This document shows, one piece after another, positions 1 to 9,375 of a DNA stretch of 64,000 bases (the stretch's first letter is position 1; each line of letters starts with the position of its first letter). The stretch covers positions 160,001 through 224,000 of the forward strand of contig CAXBMO010000004.1 of assembly GCA_963977015.1 (NCBI GenBank), given 5' to 3'. A program made the translations under genes and the position numbers. This stretch comes from an uncultured bacterium (GTDB lineage: Bacteria; Verrucomicrobiota; Verrucomicrobiia; Verrucomicrobiales; DEV007). The notes beneath the pieces were generated by a model. It had not been told where the DNA came from. It ran no database searches and saw only the letters and a program-made list of their open reading frames with translations.

Positions 1-1287
1 GTCAGCCAAGTCGCTCTTGTCCGGCTGCGGGGTGCGCTTGTCGTCGAGCGAGTAGCCATCGGCCTGCATGTCGTAGAACCAGACTGCATCCGTTCCCCCA
101 GAGTTGGTCTTGGTGAAAAGCAGGATGGCGGTGGAAACCCCGGCGTAGGGCTTGAAGACGCCGGATGGCATCGAGATGACGGCGTCGAGCTTCTGGTCCT
201 CGACCAGGATCTTGCGCAGCGCCTTGTGCGCGGTGGAGCTGCCGAAAAGAACACCATCCGGCACGATGACGGCGGCGCGCCCGCCGGTCTGGAGCAGACG
301 CAGGAAGAGGGCGAGGAAAAGCAGCTCGGTCTTCTTCGTCTTGACGATCTGGAGCAGGTCCTTGGCGGTGGACTCGAAATCCAGGCTGCCCGCGAACGGC
401 GGGTTGGCGAGGACGAGGGAAAACCGCTCGGCGTCGTCCTCATCGGCCTGGGCCAGGGAATCCTTGTAACGGATGTCCGGGTTTTCCACGCCGTGCAGGA
501 GCATGTTCATGCTGCCGATCCGCAGCATGGTGCTGTCGAAATCGTAGCCGTGGAAGGTGTGCTCGTTGAAACGGCGGCGGCTGGCCTCATCCTTGAAGAT
601 GGCGTCGCCGTGATGATCGCGCAGAAACTCCGACGCGGCGATGAGGAAACCGCCGGTGCCGCAGGCGGGATCGCAAATGACATCCTTCGGTGTCGGAGCC
701 ATCATCTCCACCATGAGCTGGATGATGTGGCGCGGGGTGCGGAACTGGCCGTTCTGCCCGGCGCTGGCGATCTTGCCGAGCATGTATTCGTAGAGATCGC
801 CCTTGGTGTCGCGGTCGGCCATGTCGATGCCGTCGAGCTGATCGACCACGCTGGCGAGGACCCGGGGCGTCGGCATCATGAAGAGGGCGTCCTTCATGTG
901 GTGGGTGTAGGTGCTGTCGCCCTCCGCCGCGCTCTTGCCGCCGCCGTTCTGGCCCAGCGACTTCATGAACGGAAAAACCTCGTCGCGCAACACCTCGAAC
1001 ATGTCGTTTGGACCGAAATCCCGAAAGCGCGACCAGCGCAGGTCTTGGAAGGAGCGTTGCGGCTTGGCCCGCGATTCCGGGTTCGGTCCTTCGGGGAAAA
1101 TCGGCTTCTGGATCGGCTTTTTTGTCCGGTTTGCCCTGGCTTCGGCCAGGGTGTGGATCTCGTCGAGCCGCTTGATGAAAAGCAGGTAGGTGATCTGCTC
1201 GATGACGGAGAGCGGGTTGGAAATTCCCCCGGACCACATCGTGTCCCAGATTTTGTCGACTTTGGAGCGCAGTTCGCCGGTAATCAT
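1..1287 (-). CDS. hsdM: Type I restriction-modification N6-adenine methyltransferase subunit (partial; continues beyond the left edge)
   Basis: Not in the ORF track because there is no stop within the window. The reverse strand from ATG at 1287 reads MITGELRSKVDKIWDTMWSGGISNP... and contains GQFRTPRHII, SAM-binding motif I DPACGTGGFL and catalytic motif IV ANPPF. Confidence 0.95.
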   Translation of the reverse strand, partial: MITGELRSKVDKIWDTMWSGGISNPLSVIEQITYLLFIKRLDEIHTLAEARANRTKKPIQKPIFPEGPNPESRAKPQRSFQDLRWSRFRDFGPNDMFEVLRDEVFPFMKSLGQNGGGKSAAEGDSTYTHHMKDALFMMPTPRVLASVVDQLDGIDMADRDTKGDLYEYMLGKIASAGQNGQFRTPRHIIQLMVEMMAPTPKDVICDPACGTGGFLIAASEFLRDHHGDAIFKDEASRRRFNEHTFHGYDFDSTMLRIGSMNMLLHGVENPDIRYKDSLAQADEDDAERFSLVLANPPFAGSLDFESTAKDLLQIVKTKKTELLFLALFLRLLQTGGRAAVIVPDGVLFGSSTAHKALRKILVEDQKLDAVISMPSGVFKPYAGVSTAILLFTKTNSGGTDAVWFYDMQADGYSLDDKRTPQPDKSDLAD

Positions 1288-1434
1288 GTGGCGGAGATAT
1301 AGGGCAGAATGTTAGGGTGTGCCAGTGGGAAACTGGTGAACCCGGTGGACGAAGCGGCAGCCGTCCCCTTAAATCGATCCTGTTCCCGGCGGCAGTCCGC
1401 TGGCGACGCCGATTTGGAGGTTCATCTACCCACC

Positions 1435-2976
1435 TCATTCACACCGCGCCGGATGCCCCGGCCAGAACGTGCGGACGGACTTTGCTTCGATCACCATGTC
1501 GGCAAACAGTTCCGGACTGACCAAGGCCAGCTTGGCAAGCCGCGCCCCGATCAATCCCATGCTGTCGTGGAATTGGGTGGTGAAGTGGTCGTGCGCGTAT
1601 TCGTGGGCAAACTCGTGAATGAGCAGCTCGTTGATCCGTTGAAGGCCTTCCCAACTGCGATCGTTGAAGAAGCGATGGCCCAGCGTGCCGAGGTTGAAGG
1701 TGAGCGTTCCGCCCTCGCCGTAGGTCGCCGCGACTGGCCAGGTCGGTTTGCAGACGATGCGCACGTTGAGGTCATGCTGGACCAATTCCGGACCGATGCG
1801 ATGCACATACTGTTCCACCAAATGCATCGCTGGAGTCCACTCCAACGGTTCCATCTGTTGACTGGGGTTCTCCTCCTGATGATGCGTTGGCGTGACCTGA
1901 CCGGCAGGTTTGATCGCTTCAGCCTGGCGGGCGTTCTCCCATTCCTGTTTCGACATCGAACCGCCGGCGACGACGTTGTAGCCTTCGGCCATGGCTTTCT
2001 TGTTGGCCTCACGATCGTTCACATCGTAGGAGACCCGATTCTCGCCGAAGCGTAAGTCCAGGGATGTGGTCGTCGCTTCCGGGGCGCAGCGATGATCATT
2101 GGTGGCCGCACGAGCCCAGTCCTGAGTCACGTCCTCTTTCTCAAGAAGATGATGAGACTCGTTAAAGACGGCGACGCGCAATTCCTGCAGATACGCCGGT
2201 GTCACGTTATCGCGCTGCATATTGAGAGGGACACGTTGTTGGACGTCGCAGTGCCAGCGCGTTCCGCTAAGGACGACGGGAATACCCATCTCGTAGATCC
2301 AGCCTTCGCTGCGTTCGCCGCAGTCATAAAGCCGCACAGCGGTTTTCCGCCGGGTGCGACGGATCGCGCCGCTGTCATCGCCGATCGTGGTGGGCAGGGT
2401 CGTGGTGAACTCGTGGACAAAGGGCGGCGCGAGCAATTCTTCGCCATTGAAGCGAACGCTGACTTCCTGGGGAGGGAGCAGGCTGCGCATGCCATCGCAG
2501 GCATTCAAATACTCAGCCTGGCTCATGATCAGTTCCCCCTCGAAGCGCGTCCCCCGGACCCGGTGATCGCTGGAGTTGAAGCGTCGCCCGTCACGGAAGC
2601 TGACGGTTCCCTTGGTCGAAGCGATCGTCGCCTCGGTGCAAAATGCCAGGACCAGTTTCTCACCCAGGTTCCAGATGCCGCGTTGCTCGGGGTTGTGCAG
2701 CTTGGAACTGTCGGCGTAGAGCGTGTAGCTGTGGGTCAGGTCCTTGAAGCCTTCGGGGCTGTCGTCCTCGACAATCAACCGGCAACGCTCACCGCCGGGA
2801 ATCGGCTCGAGATTGATCGTAACGCGGGTCACGTCTTCATCGACCGCGTTCTGGTAAAGCTCATAGATGAGGAAGTTCTTAGAGCGGTTGGCGAACTTGC
2901 GACGTAAGCCGGCCACATCGACGCGGAACATGTCCTCGCCTGCCGCTTGTGATTTGAAGGGGTAGTTTGCGATCAT
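1435..2976 (-). CDS. GHKL (Hsp90-like) ATPase fused to a C-terminal HExxH zinc metallopeptidase-like domain
   Basis: N-box ELYQNAVD, G1-like VEDDSPEGF, G2 QRGIWNLGEK, G3 GTRF, Hsp90 middle-domain-like VPLNMQRD, C-terminal LLIHEFAHEYAHDHFTTQF. Start placed at ATG 2976 (the track extends it to 3060). Confidence 0.8.
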   Translation of the reverse strand: MIANYPFKSQAAGEDMFRVDVAGLRRKFANRSKNFLIYELYQNAVDEDVTRVTINLEPIPGGERCRLIVEDDSPEGFKDLTHSYTLYADSSKLHNPEQRGIWNLGEKLVLAFCTEATIASTKGTVSFRDGRRFNSSDHRVRGTRFEGELIMSQAEYLNACDGMRSLLPPQEVSVRFNGEELLAPPFVHEFTTTLPTTIGDDSGAIRRTRRKTAVRLYDCGERSEGWIYEMGIPVVLSGTRWHCDVQQRVPLNMQRDNVTPAYLQELRVAVFNESHHLLEKEDVTQDWARAATNDHRCAPEATTTSLDLRFGENRVSYDVNDREANKKAMAEGYNVVAGGSMSKQEWENARQAEAIKPAGQVTPTHHQEENPSQQMEPLEWTPAMHLVEQYVHRIGPELVQHDLNVRIVCKPTWPVAATYGEGGTLTFNLGTLGHRFFNDRSWEGLQRINELLIHEFAHEYAHDHFTTQFHDSMGLIGARLAKLALVSPELFADMVIEAKSVRTFWPGHPARCE

Positions 2977-3555
2977 GATGGTAGTCCTGTTGGGTGGAGA
3001 GGGAGGTTGCCCGGGACTGCTCGAAAACCTGCTCATCCCTGCGCCTTCAAACTCTCCCAAAATGCTTCGCCGGTTTCGATTATAATTGGACGAAAGATTT
3101 GGAATGATTTCGTGTCAGGAAATTTTTGAACCTTCTGGCGATGATCCACCAAGGTTCATCTTCCGTGTTAGGTCAGCGCTTGGCCGAGAAAGAATTGGAA
3201 ATCCTGTTCTGAAAAATCCGGGGCTTCGTCAGTTACTACCTGCAACGTAATGGTTGGAATCTCCTGATCTTCTTCCTATCCGCAACACGTTGGACATTGA
3301 GTGCATCCTCTTTGATGAGGTGATTGCCGAAATGTTCGGTGTCATGACGATGCCCCCCCCCTGCTATGTAAGGACTGAGATCCATCCTGGTTCCTCGAAA
3401 GCGACTCTCTTCCTCCGGCCCAAAGCGACCGTGTCGCCAAACAGCACGAACCCAATACCTCGAAGGAATGTGGCGGCGCTACGCCGACGACAGGTGACCT
3501 GCCGAACAAATTCTCTGGGGAGATCGGTGGGTTTTTAGCCGCGGCCCGGCCTTCG

Positions 3556-4311
3556 TCAGCCGAACACCTTGAAGAGGTGCCGAATCTCCTCTTCCAGATC
3601 CTCTTCCTCGTTCAGCGTGTCGGCGACTTCCTTCCGGACAGTCTTGCGGTAGGCGCCTCGGAGCCGACACACTGCCGTTCTCACCGCGCCCTCCTTCATC
3701 CCGAGGCGCTCGCCCATCTCGGCGTAGGGAAGCGCTTCATCGCCATCCAGCGTCAGGTAAATCCGCAATTCCTCAAAGAGCGCCAGCTTTCCCGCCTTCT
3801 CGTATTCATCGCGAAGCCGATCCAGAACGAGGCTGAGCAAGGTCATGACCCACTGCCGGTCGAATCGGCGTTCGGGTTCCTCCTCCAGATCTTCGGTATC
3901 CAACATCCGCCCCTCGGCGATTTCCTGTTCGATGGATAGAATCTTGACGTGACCTCCGCGTTTTTCCGCCTTTTTGCGATTCCAGTCGTTGGCCAGGAAA
4001 TGGCGAAAAGCGACGATCAAAAACGTTCGCAATCGCCCCTTGTTCTCCTCCACGCAGTCGAATTGACGACGCCGCAGCAAATCTGCAAGAAAACTCTGGG
4101 TGACGTCTTCGGCATCGTGTGGGGAAAATCCGCGACCTCGCGCATAGGTATAGATCGGGTGCCAATAGGCTTGGCAAAGCTCGGTGAGAATCTGATTGCG
4201 ATCGTTGCCGGCCGGTTCGTGCAGGCGCTGAACCAATGTCCAACGCGTGTTGGGAAATTCGCGACCGACCCATGTTCGATTTGCAATCATGTCAGGGAAT
4301 TTAGCCGTCAA
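3556..4311 (-). CDS. ECF sigma-70 factor (PVC type, kinase-associated)
   Basis: N-terminal FPNTRWTLV, YWHPIY, region 2 HDAEDVTQSF, GRLRTFL, region 4 YAEMGERLGMKEGAVRTAVCRLR. Confidence 0.9.
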   Translation of the reverse strand: MTAKFPDMIANRTWVGREFPNTRWTLVQRLHEPAGNDRNQILTELCQAYWHPIYTYARGRGFSPHDAEDVTQSFLADLLRRRQFDCVEENKGRLRTFLIVAFRHFLANDWNRKKAEKRGGHVKILSIEQEIAEGRMLDTEDLEEEPERRFDRQWVMTLLSLVLDRLRDEYEKAGKLALFEELRIYLTLDGDEALPYAEMGERLGMKEGAVRTAVCRLRGAYRKTVRKEVADTLNEEEDLEEEIRHLFKVFG

Positions 4312-4485
4312 TTCTCCTTTTTCAGAAAAAAATCAGTAACGTTTGCCCAAAAATTCTTCTTTAAAGTGTGGAGAGGGTTGATGTGCCGGATGGGCCAGTC
4401 CTCTAAACGGGTCTGTAGCTGCGGTTTTCGAACCGCGATGGGCAGGGATCCGCCATCGATCCTCTCCACGTTTTTTGACCGGGAT

Positions 4486-6471
4486 TCATTCCAACGGCAT
4501 CAGGGCAAAAATGTGGGTTCGGGTAATCTGGACGTCAATGGCTCCCGTGACCTGCTCGGCCAAGTCGTTCGAAAGTGGCTGCAACGGAAGCAGGGCCCCG
4601 GGGGCCCCAAAAAGGCGCCAGGAACCATCCTTCAATCCAATTGCCAGGGTGCCGTGGAGTGCGCGAATCGCAACGACCCCGGACATCGACTCCAATTCGG
4701 GACAAATGTATACGGTCCGACTGCTATCCCTCACCCAAATCGTCCCATCGGCCCTCAGTGCGTAGTGTTGCAAGGATTCGGGCGAAACGACATCAACGAC
4801 ATTCTGAAGTTCCGCTAATTCCGCCGATTCGGTGCCCTCCCGGTCCGCTCCATGAACGGTGCCGTCTTCGAGAAGCAGCATACAAAACCTACCGTCATAG
4901 GCGATGTCGACCACGGTGTGGTTTTCACCGTCGATCAAAGTCGCCACCGAATTGGCAAGCTGGAATCTTCTGTCCCCGCTCACCTCGTAAAGTCCCCCGT
5001 TTCGCCAAAATGCGGCTTGCGCCCCTGAAGCGCTGTCGAAGCACGAAACATCGCTGATCACACTTGATTTGGGAGAAGTACGCACCACGGCCCCATCTTC
5101 CTTCAGAACATATCCGAAATGGGCCACAACAACCCTGACGGAGGCTACGCCCGAAAGGGTTTGAGGAAGCTCGAGGAGTCCCCAGGAAACGGCTTTGCCA
5201 TCGGGATAGACCGCCGCCCCGCTCCGGGCATTGACGTCCACGGAAAAACTGACCACGGCACCGAGATCAGCGGGGATTTCGGCGGCCTGGCCGACTTTTT
5301 CGACGATGCTCGGATCCAAACTCGACAGATCCACGCCGGGGCGGGGAATCGCGATAAGGCGGCCCGGAATGCTGGGCCGGACAAACTGTTGCATCGGTTC
5401 CGTTTTCACTGACGCCTTGGAACTGGGGCCATCGCGCACCCCGATCCCAATCACCAAAGCCAACGCGATCAATCCACCCACCCCCGCAAACCCAAGTCTC
5501 CCAATCCCACAGCATTGGGATTGACGCCAGACTTCCCGCAAATCGCTCGCCAGTTCCGCGGCGTCCTGGTAGCGCTTTTCCAGATCGTGCTCGGTGGCTT
5601 TGGAAACGATCGCGTCGATTTTCAAGCCCATTTTCGGGTGGTGCTTCGAAAGCAAATCCCACTTGCCGACTGGCGATTTTCCGGAAAGCAATTCGTAGAT
5701 CATCACCCCCATGGCGAAAATGTCAGCCCGGTGATCGACATTCGCGCTGCCCCGTTTCAAGGTTTCCGGTGCCAAATAACCGGCGGATCCCATCCGCGAA
5801 TCCGGCATGGTCAGCGTGCCGGAATGCGGGGCATTTTCCAGCTTCGCCAGCCCGAAGTCGGCAACTTTGGCGCGCCCTTCGGGGTCGATCAACACATTGC
5901 CGGGTTTCATGTCGCGATGAATCACCTTGCGGTCGTGGGCGTCGTGCAGCGCATCGCCAATCTGACCGATCCATTCGACAACGCGCCCGGGGCCGGGTTT
6001 TTCGGTCTCCATCAGCGTCGCCAGATCCGGACCATCGACGAATTCCATGACAAAATAGAGGTATTCGCCCGCCTCACCAAAATCGTGGATCGCCACAATG
6101 TTGGGATGCGAGAGTGAAGCCATGACCTCCGCTTCCTGGCGAAAACGCTGCGCAAACTCCGGATCGTCGCGCAAATCGGGCGCCAGCAGCTTGATGGCGA
6201 CTTCGCGATTCAGGCTCTCCTGGCGCGCCCGATAAACGGCCCCCATTCCACCAGCTTTGATCAAGCTGAAGTCCGAGTAACCCGGGAGCATTTGGTGGAC
6301 GGTTTCCGGGCTCGGCGCCTCAAATCCGCCCTCGAAATTTGAATCCGGTTGGGAAAGCAGGTTTCGCGTCGCCGCGGCAAGGCAATCTGGGCACACCCCC
6401 TGCGCCGCGCCTGAAACAATTGATTTCTGACACTTTTGACAGCGTTTGATGCTGCTTTCGACAGGATTCAT
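4486..6471 (-). CDS. Membrane Ser/Thr protein kinase with N-terminal Zn-ribbon and C-terminal RCC1-like repeats
   Basis: CxxC...CxxC N-terminus; Hanks motifs GGMGAVY, VAIK, HRDMKPGN, DFG, APE; TM helix LGFAGVGGLIALALVIGIGV; repeated LxxDGTV/IW motifs. Confidence 0.92.
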   Translation of the reverse strand: MNPVESSIKRCQKCQKSIVSGAAQGVCPDCLAAATRNLLSQPDSNFEGGFEAPSPETVHQMLPGYSDFSLIKAGGMGAVYRARQESLNREVAIKLLAPDLRDDPEFAQRFRQEAEVMASLSHPNIVAIHDFGEAGEYLYFVMEFVDGPDLATLMETEKPGPGRVVEWIGQIGDALHDAHDRKVIHRDMKPGNVLIDPEGRAKVADFGLAKLENAPHSGTLTMPDSRMGSAGYLAPETLKRGSANVDHRADIFAMGVMIYELLSGKSPVGKWDLLSKHHPKMGLKIDAIVSKATEHDLEKRYQDAAELASDLREVWRQSQCCGIGRLGFAGVGGLIALALVIGIGVRDGPSSKASVKTEPMQQFVRPSIPGRLIAIPRPGVDLSSLDPSIVEKVGQAAEIPADLGAVVSFSVDVNARSGAAVYPDGKAVSWGLLELPQTLSGVASVRVVVAHFGYVLKEDGAVVRTSPKSSVISDVSCFDSASGAQAAFWRNGGLYEVSGDRRFQLANSVATLIDGENHTVVDIAYDGRFCMLLLEDGTVHGADREGTESAELAELQNVVDVVSPESLQHYALRADGTIWVRDSSRTVYICPELESMSGVVAIRALHGTLAIGLKDGSWRLFGAPGALLPLQPLSNDLAEQVTGAIDVQITRTHIFALMPLE

Positions 6472-6913
6472 GTGCGCACGGGAAAAACGATCCGCCCCAA
6501 AAAGCGGCGTCTTCTAACAGAATATGACGCCATTGCAAACCCACAACTCATCCAATTTCAGTCCAGCTTGAAATTGATGGGTTTTTCGGAATCCCCAGAA
6601 CCAGTTGGTATCTCTCCCAAAATCCTCGCGAAACAGAGACCTCACAGGACGTGAAATCCCGGCCCGATGATCCCCGGAACAAGGAACCGAGCCCGGGAAT
6701 TGTCCAGAAACGTCGCTGAAACCAACCGGAAAACGTAACCACAGGAAGTGAGAACACTTGCCCCTGACAAGGCAGGTTCCCCTCCTCCCTCGCCCCAAGG
6801 TTCGCTCTTTTAATTCCCGGACCGATGGTCGTTCGGGCGCGGTTGCGGGGCTGGAAGCAATCCCCTTTCAGTTCAACAAAAACCAGTTTCGGGAAAAAAT
6901 TCAGAAAGTTTTT

Positions 6914-7038
6914 ACCGACCGGTCGGTCTATGTCTGTGCGATTTGGAAATCGACGGTTCTCCCTCAATCGATTTCCGATTCCGGCCCAACGTTGAACAAG
7001 GGCGATGCGTTTCGCTCTCGCCCGGTCCGACCGGTCGG
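6914..7038. promoter_or_regulatory. Two copies of a palindromic operator (TetR/NemR-like) upstream of the AhpD-DUF1348 operon
   Basis: Perfect palindrome ACCGACCGGTCGGT at 6914-6927 (followed by CTA) and CCGACCGGTCGG at 7027-7038. Confidence 0.6.
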
Positions 7039-7109
7039 TTGATGTCGGTCGCCAATCCAACTTTCAGCAACCAAACAACACCAATACCTAACCTAACCAA
7101 ACAAATACC

Positions 7110-7664
7110 ATGAGTAGAATACCAACCATCGAATCCGCCAACGCTCCGCAGCCTGTCACCGCCCTCTACGAGGCCGTGCAGCAGAAGCTGGGGCTCGTCC
7201 CCAACATGGTCAAGGCCCTGGGCAACAGCGCCGCCAGTCTCCAGGGTTACCTCGGCCTGAGCGGTGCCGTTTCCAGCGGAATCCTCCGGCCCGTGACTCG
7301 CGAGAAAATCGCGCTCCGCGTGGCCGAGCTCAACGAATGCGACTACTGCCTCAGCGCTCACACCGCAATCGGGGGGCTTCTCAAGATTCCGGCCGATGAA
7401 CTGGTTGCCGCCCGCGCCGGTGATTCCGCCGACGCCAAGGAGCAAGCCATTCTCAACCTGGTCCAATCCGTTCTCGAAACCCGCGGGAATGTCCCAGATG
7501 CAGCCTACGAATCGGCGCAGGACGCGGGCGTCTCCCCGGAAGAGGCGACCGAGGTGGTAGCCCACGTGGCCCTGAACGTGTTCACCAACTACTTCAACCG
7601 CTTCGCCCAGACGGAGATCGACTTCCCGAAGGTCGAGTCCGGTCTCGCTGCGGCTGCTGCTTGA
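7110..7664 (+). CDS. AhpD-like / carboxymuconolactone decarboxylase family peroxidase-related protein
   Basis: [28 protein letters not shown] (CxxC + His), [12 protein letters not shown]. Confidence 0.9.
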   Translation: MSRIPTIESANAPQPVTALYEAVQQKLGLVPNMVKALGNSAASLQGYLGLSGAVSSGILRPVTREKIALRVAELNECDYCLSAHTAIGGLLKIPADELVAARAGDSADAKEQAILNLVQSVLETRGNVPDAAYESAQDAGVSPEEATEVVAHVALNVFTNYFNRFAQTEIDFPKVESGLAAAAA

Positions 7665-7684
7665 ACGAGCCCCCACCCCAAAAC

Positions 7685-7715
7685 CGGCGGCGGAGGCGAG
7701 TTGCTTCCGCCGCCG
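7685..7715 (+). other. Intra-operon GC-rich hairpin (mRNA stabiliser or attenuator)
   Basis: CGGCGGCGGAGGC-gagtt-GCTTCCGCCGCCG, 13-bp stem with one G-U pair and no U-tract. Confidence 0.5.
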
Positions 7716-7737
7716 TGAGCCCCCCCAAAAAACGATC

Positions 7738-8157
7738 ATGAAAGCACCGACCCAACGTCCTCCGCTGCCGCCCTTTACCGAAGCGACAGCCCGGGAAAAG
7801 GTTCAACTGGCCGAAGACGCCTGGAATTCGCGGGATCCCGAACGGGTCGCCCTGGCCTACACCGAGGATTCCGAGTGGCGCAATCGGGCCGAATTCGTCC
7901 ACGGACGCGAGGAGATCGTGGAGTTCCTCCGCCGCAAATGGGACCGCGAACTGGACTACAAGCTGAAAAAAAGCCTCTGGGCGTTCAGCGACAACCGCAT
8001 CGCAGTTCGCTTTGAATACGAGTGGCACGACGACTCCGGGCAGTGGTTTCGCTCCCACGGCAACGAGAACTGGGAGTTCGACGAAACCGGGCACATGACG
8101 CGGCGATATGCCTCGATCAACGACCAGCCCATCACCGCCGCAGAGCGCCGCCTCTGA
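7738..8157 (+). CDS. DUF1348 / SnoaL-like (NTF2 fold) protein
   Basis: RPPLPPFT...[30 protein letters not shown]...NENWEFDE...RRYASIND family signature. Confidence 0.92.
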   Translation: MKAPTQRPPLPPFTEATAREKVQLAEDAWNSRDPERVALAYTEDSEWRNRAEFVHGREEIVEFLRRKWDRELDYKLKKSLWAFSDNRIAVRFEYEWHDDSGQWFRSHGNENWEFDETGHMTRRYASINDQPITAAERRL

Positions 8158-8210
8158 TCCTTTCGTTACTCCTAACTTTAATTCTAACCTTAATCTCAAC
8201 ACCTACCGCA

Positions 8211-8669
8211 ATGAATCCATCCCATACCATCGACCTGACCCGGCGCGCCCCTCGGAGTCCGCGCGTTCGCCTCGGCGGCTTTGCCCATCTTCCCCGCTTG
8301 CTCGACAAGGCCCGGGCTTCCCTCGCCGGCACGCTCGGGGTCTACGTTTACGGCGAAGAAAGCCTGCTCGACACCGAGTTCTTCCGTTTCACCGGCCTTA
8401 CTCCCGAAGCCTTGCTCGACAAGGTCGGAGAAGGCGGCGGCGACCTGGAAATCCTCGAGTGGGTCACGGCCCAGACGGAACACCCGCTGCTCCCACACCA
8501 AATCCAGAGCTGGAGCACGTGGATCGAATCCGTGCCGGGCCTGAGCGCTGAAGCCCGTGCCTGGTTCGCTGAATTCTCCAGCTCCCTCTCCCCTCCCCGT
8601 CCCGATGTCGGCACGCTCTTCGAGTATCTCGATCTCGACGACCATGTGCGATTCGGCGGGCGCCCCTGA
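8211..8669 (+). CDS. DUF5069 domain protein
   Basis: From ATG 8211: DLTRRAPRSPRVRLGGFAHLPRLLDKARA...FEYLDLDD. Confidence 0.8.
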   Translation: MNPSHTIDLTRRAPRSPRVRLGGFAHLPRLLDKARASLAGTLGVYVYGEESLLDTEFFRFTGLTPEALLDKVGEGGGDLEILEWVTAQTEHPLLPHQIQSWSTWIESVPGLSAEARAWFAEFSSSLSPPRPDVGTLFEYLDLDDHVRFGGRP

Positions 8670-8717
8670 AACCACCAAACCAACCAATCTGAATCCTAAC
8701 CAAACTAAAAACAAAAC

Positions 8718-9182
8718 ATGAAAAATACCGTCACGATTAATTGGTCCAAAGCCGTCCTCGCCGGCGTCATTGGAACCGTCCTCTTCGACCTCGTCGGTCT
8801 GCTTCTGGCGGGCACCTGGTGGGACATCCCCGGCGTCCTGGCCAAAGCGATCGGCCTGCCCTTCCCAGTCGCCTTGCTGATGCACTACGGCAACGGTGTC
8901 GCCCTGGCCTCCATCTACGCGGCCCTGGCGCCGTCGCTCTTCGGCCCCGGCTGGGTCCGCGCTATCATCTTCACCACGCTGGAAACCATCATGCTGGTCT
9001 GGTTCCTCCTCTTCCCCCTGCTTGGACTGGGAATCGCCGGCCTGGAGGGAGGCGTCCTCTTCCCGATCCTCTCGATGACCCGCCACTGGGCCTACGCCAT
9101 CCCGCTGGCCTACTTCTTCCGGGTCAGCAAGGAGGAAACCGCAACGGACGATCTTGAAATGCCCCAAGCCGCTGCCGGATAA
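8718..9182 (+). CDS. Four-TM membrane protein of unknown function (DUF2938/DUF6789-like)
   Basis: Hydrophobic helices with His residues in MHYGNG and RHWAY; last gene of the operon. Confidence 0.75.
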   Translation: MKNTVTINWSKAVLAGVIGTVLFDLVGLLLAGTWWDIPGVLAKAIGLPFPVALLMHYGNGVALASIYAALAPSLFGPGWVRAIIFTTLETIMLVWFLLFPLLGLGIAGLEGGVLFPILSMTRHWAYAIPLAYFFRVSKEETATDDLEMPQAAAG

Positions 9183-9231
9183 CTTTCCCCTGACCAAAAA
9201 CCCCAAAAACCCCTCGGAAAAACCCCAAATC

Positions 9232-9266
9232 GCCGCACGGGCCTCGCTGGCTCGTGCGGCTTCATT
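9232..9266 (+). terminator. Probable intrinsic terminator of the AhpD-DUF1348-DUF5069 operon
   Basis: GCCGCACGGGCC-tcgct-GGCTCGTGCGGC stem followed by TTCATT (weak U-tract). Confidence 0.5.
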
Positions 9267-9375
9267 CGTTCCAGGCTGCTGGAATGTTTCACGGAGTCGC
9301 CGAGAAACTCGAGATAGCGCTTCAAATTAAGGCGATACCAGTTGATGTGGGCCGACTGCACGTTTCCTTACGCGG

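Noticed and set aside
226-1302. 358-aa plus-strand ORF
   Set aside because: Antisense shadow of hsdM, which has clear methyltransferase motifs on the minus strand.
3061-3555. Short ORFs between the GHKL gene and the ECF gene
   Set aside because: No recognisable motifs or consistent frame; treated as intergenic island-boundary sequence.
9195-9227. AAAAACCCC repeated three times
   Set aside because: Low-complexity 3' UTR sequence with no spacer structure; not CRISPR-like.
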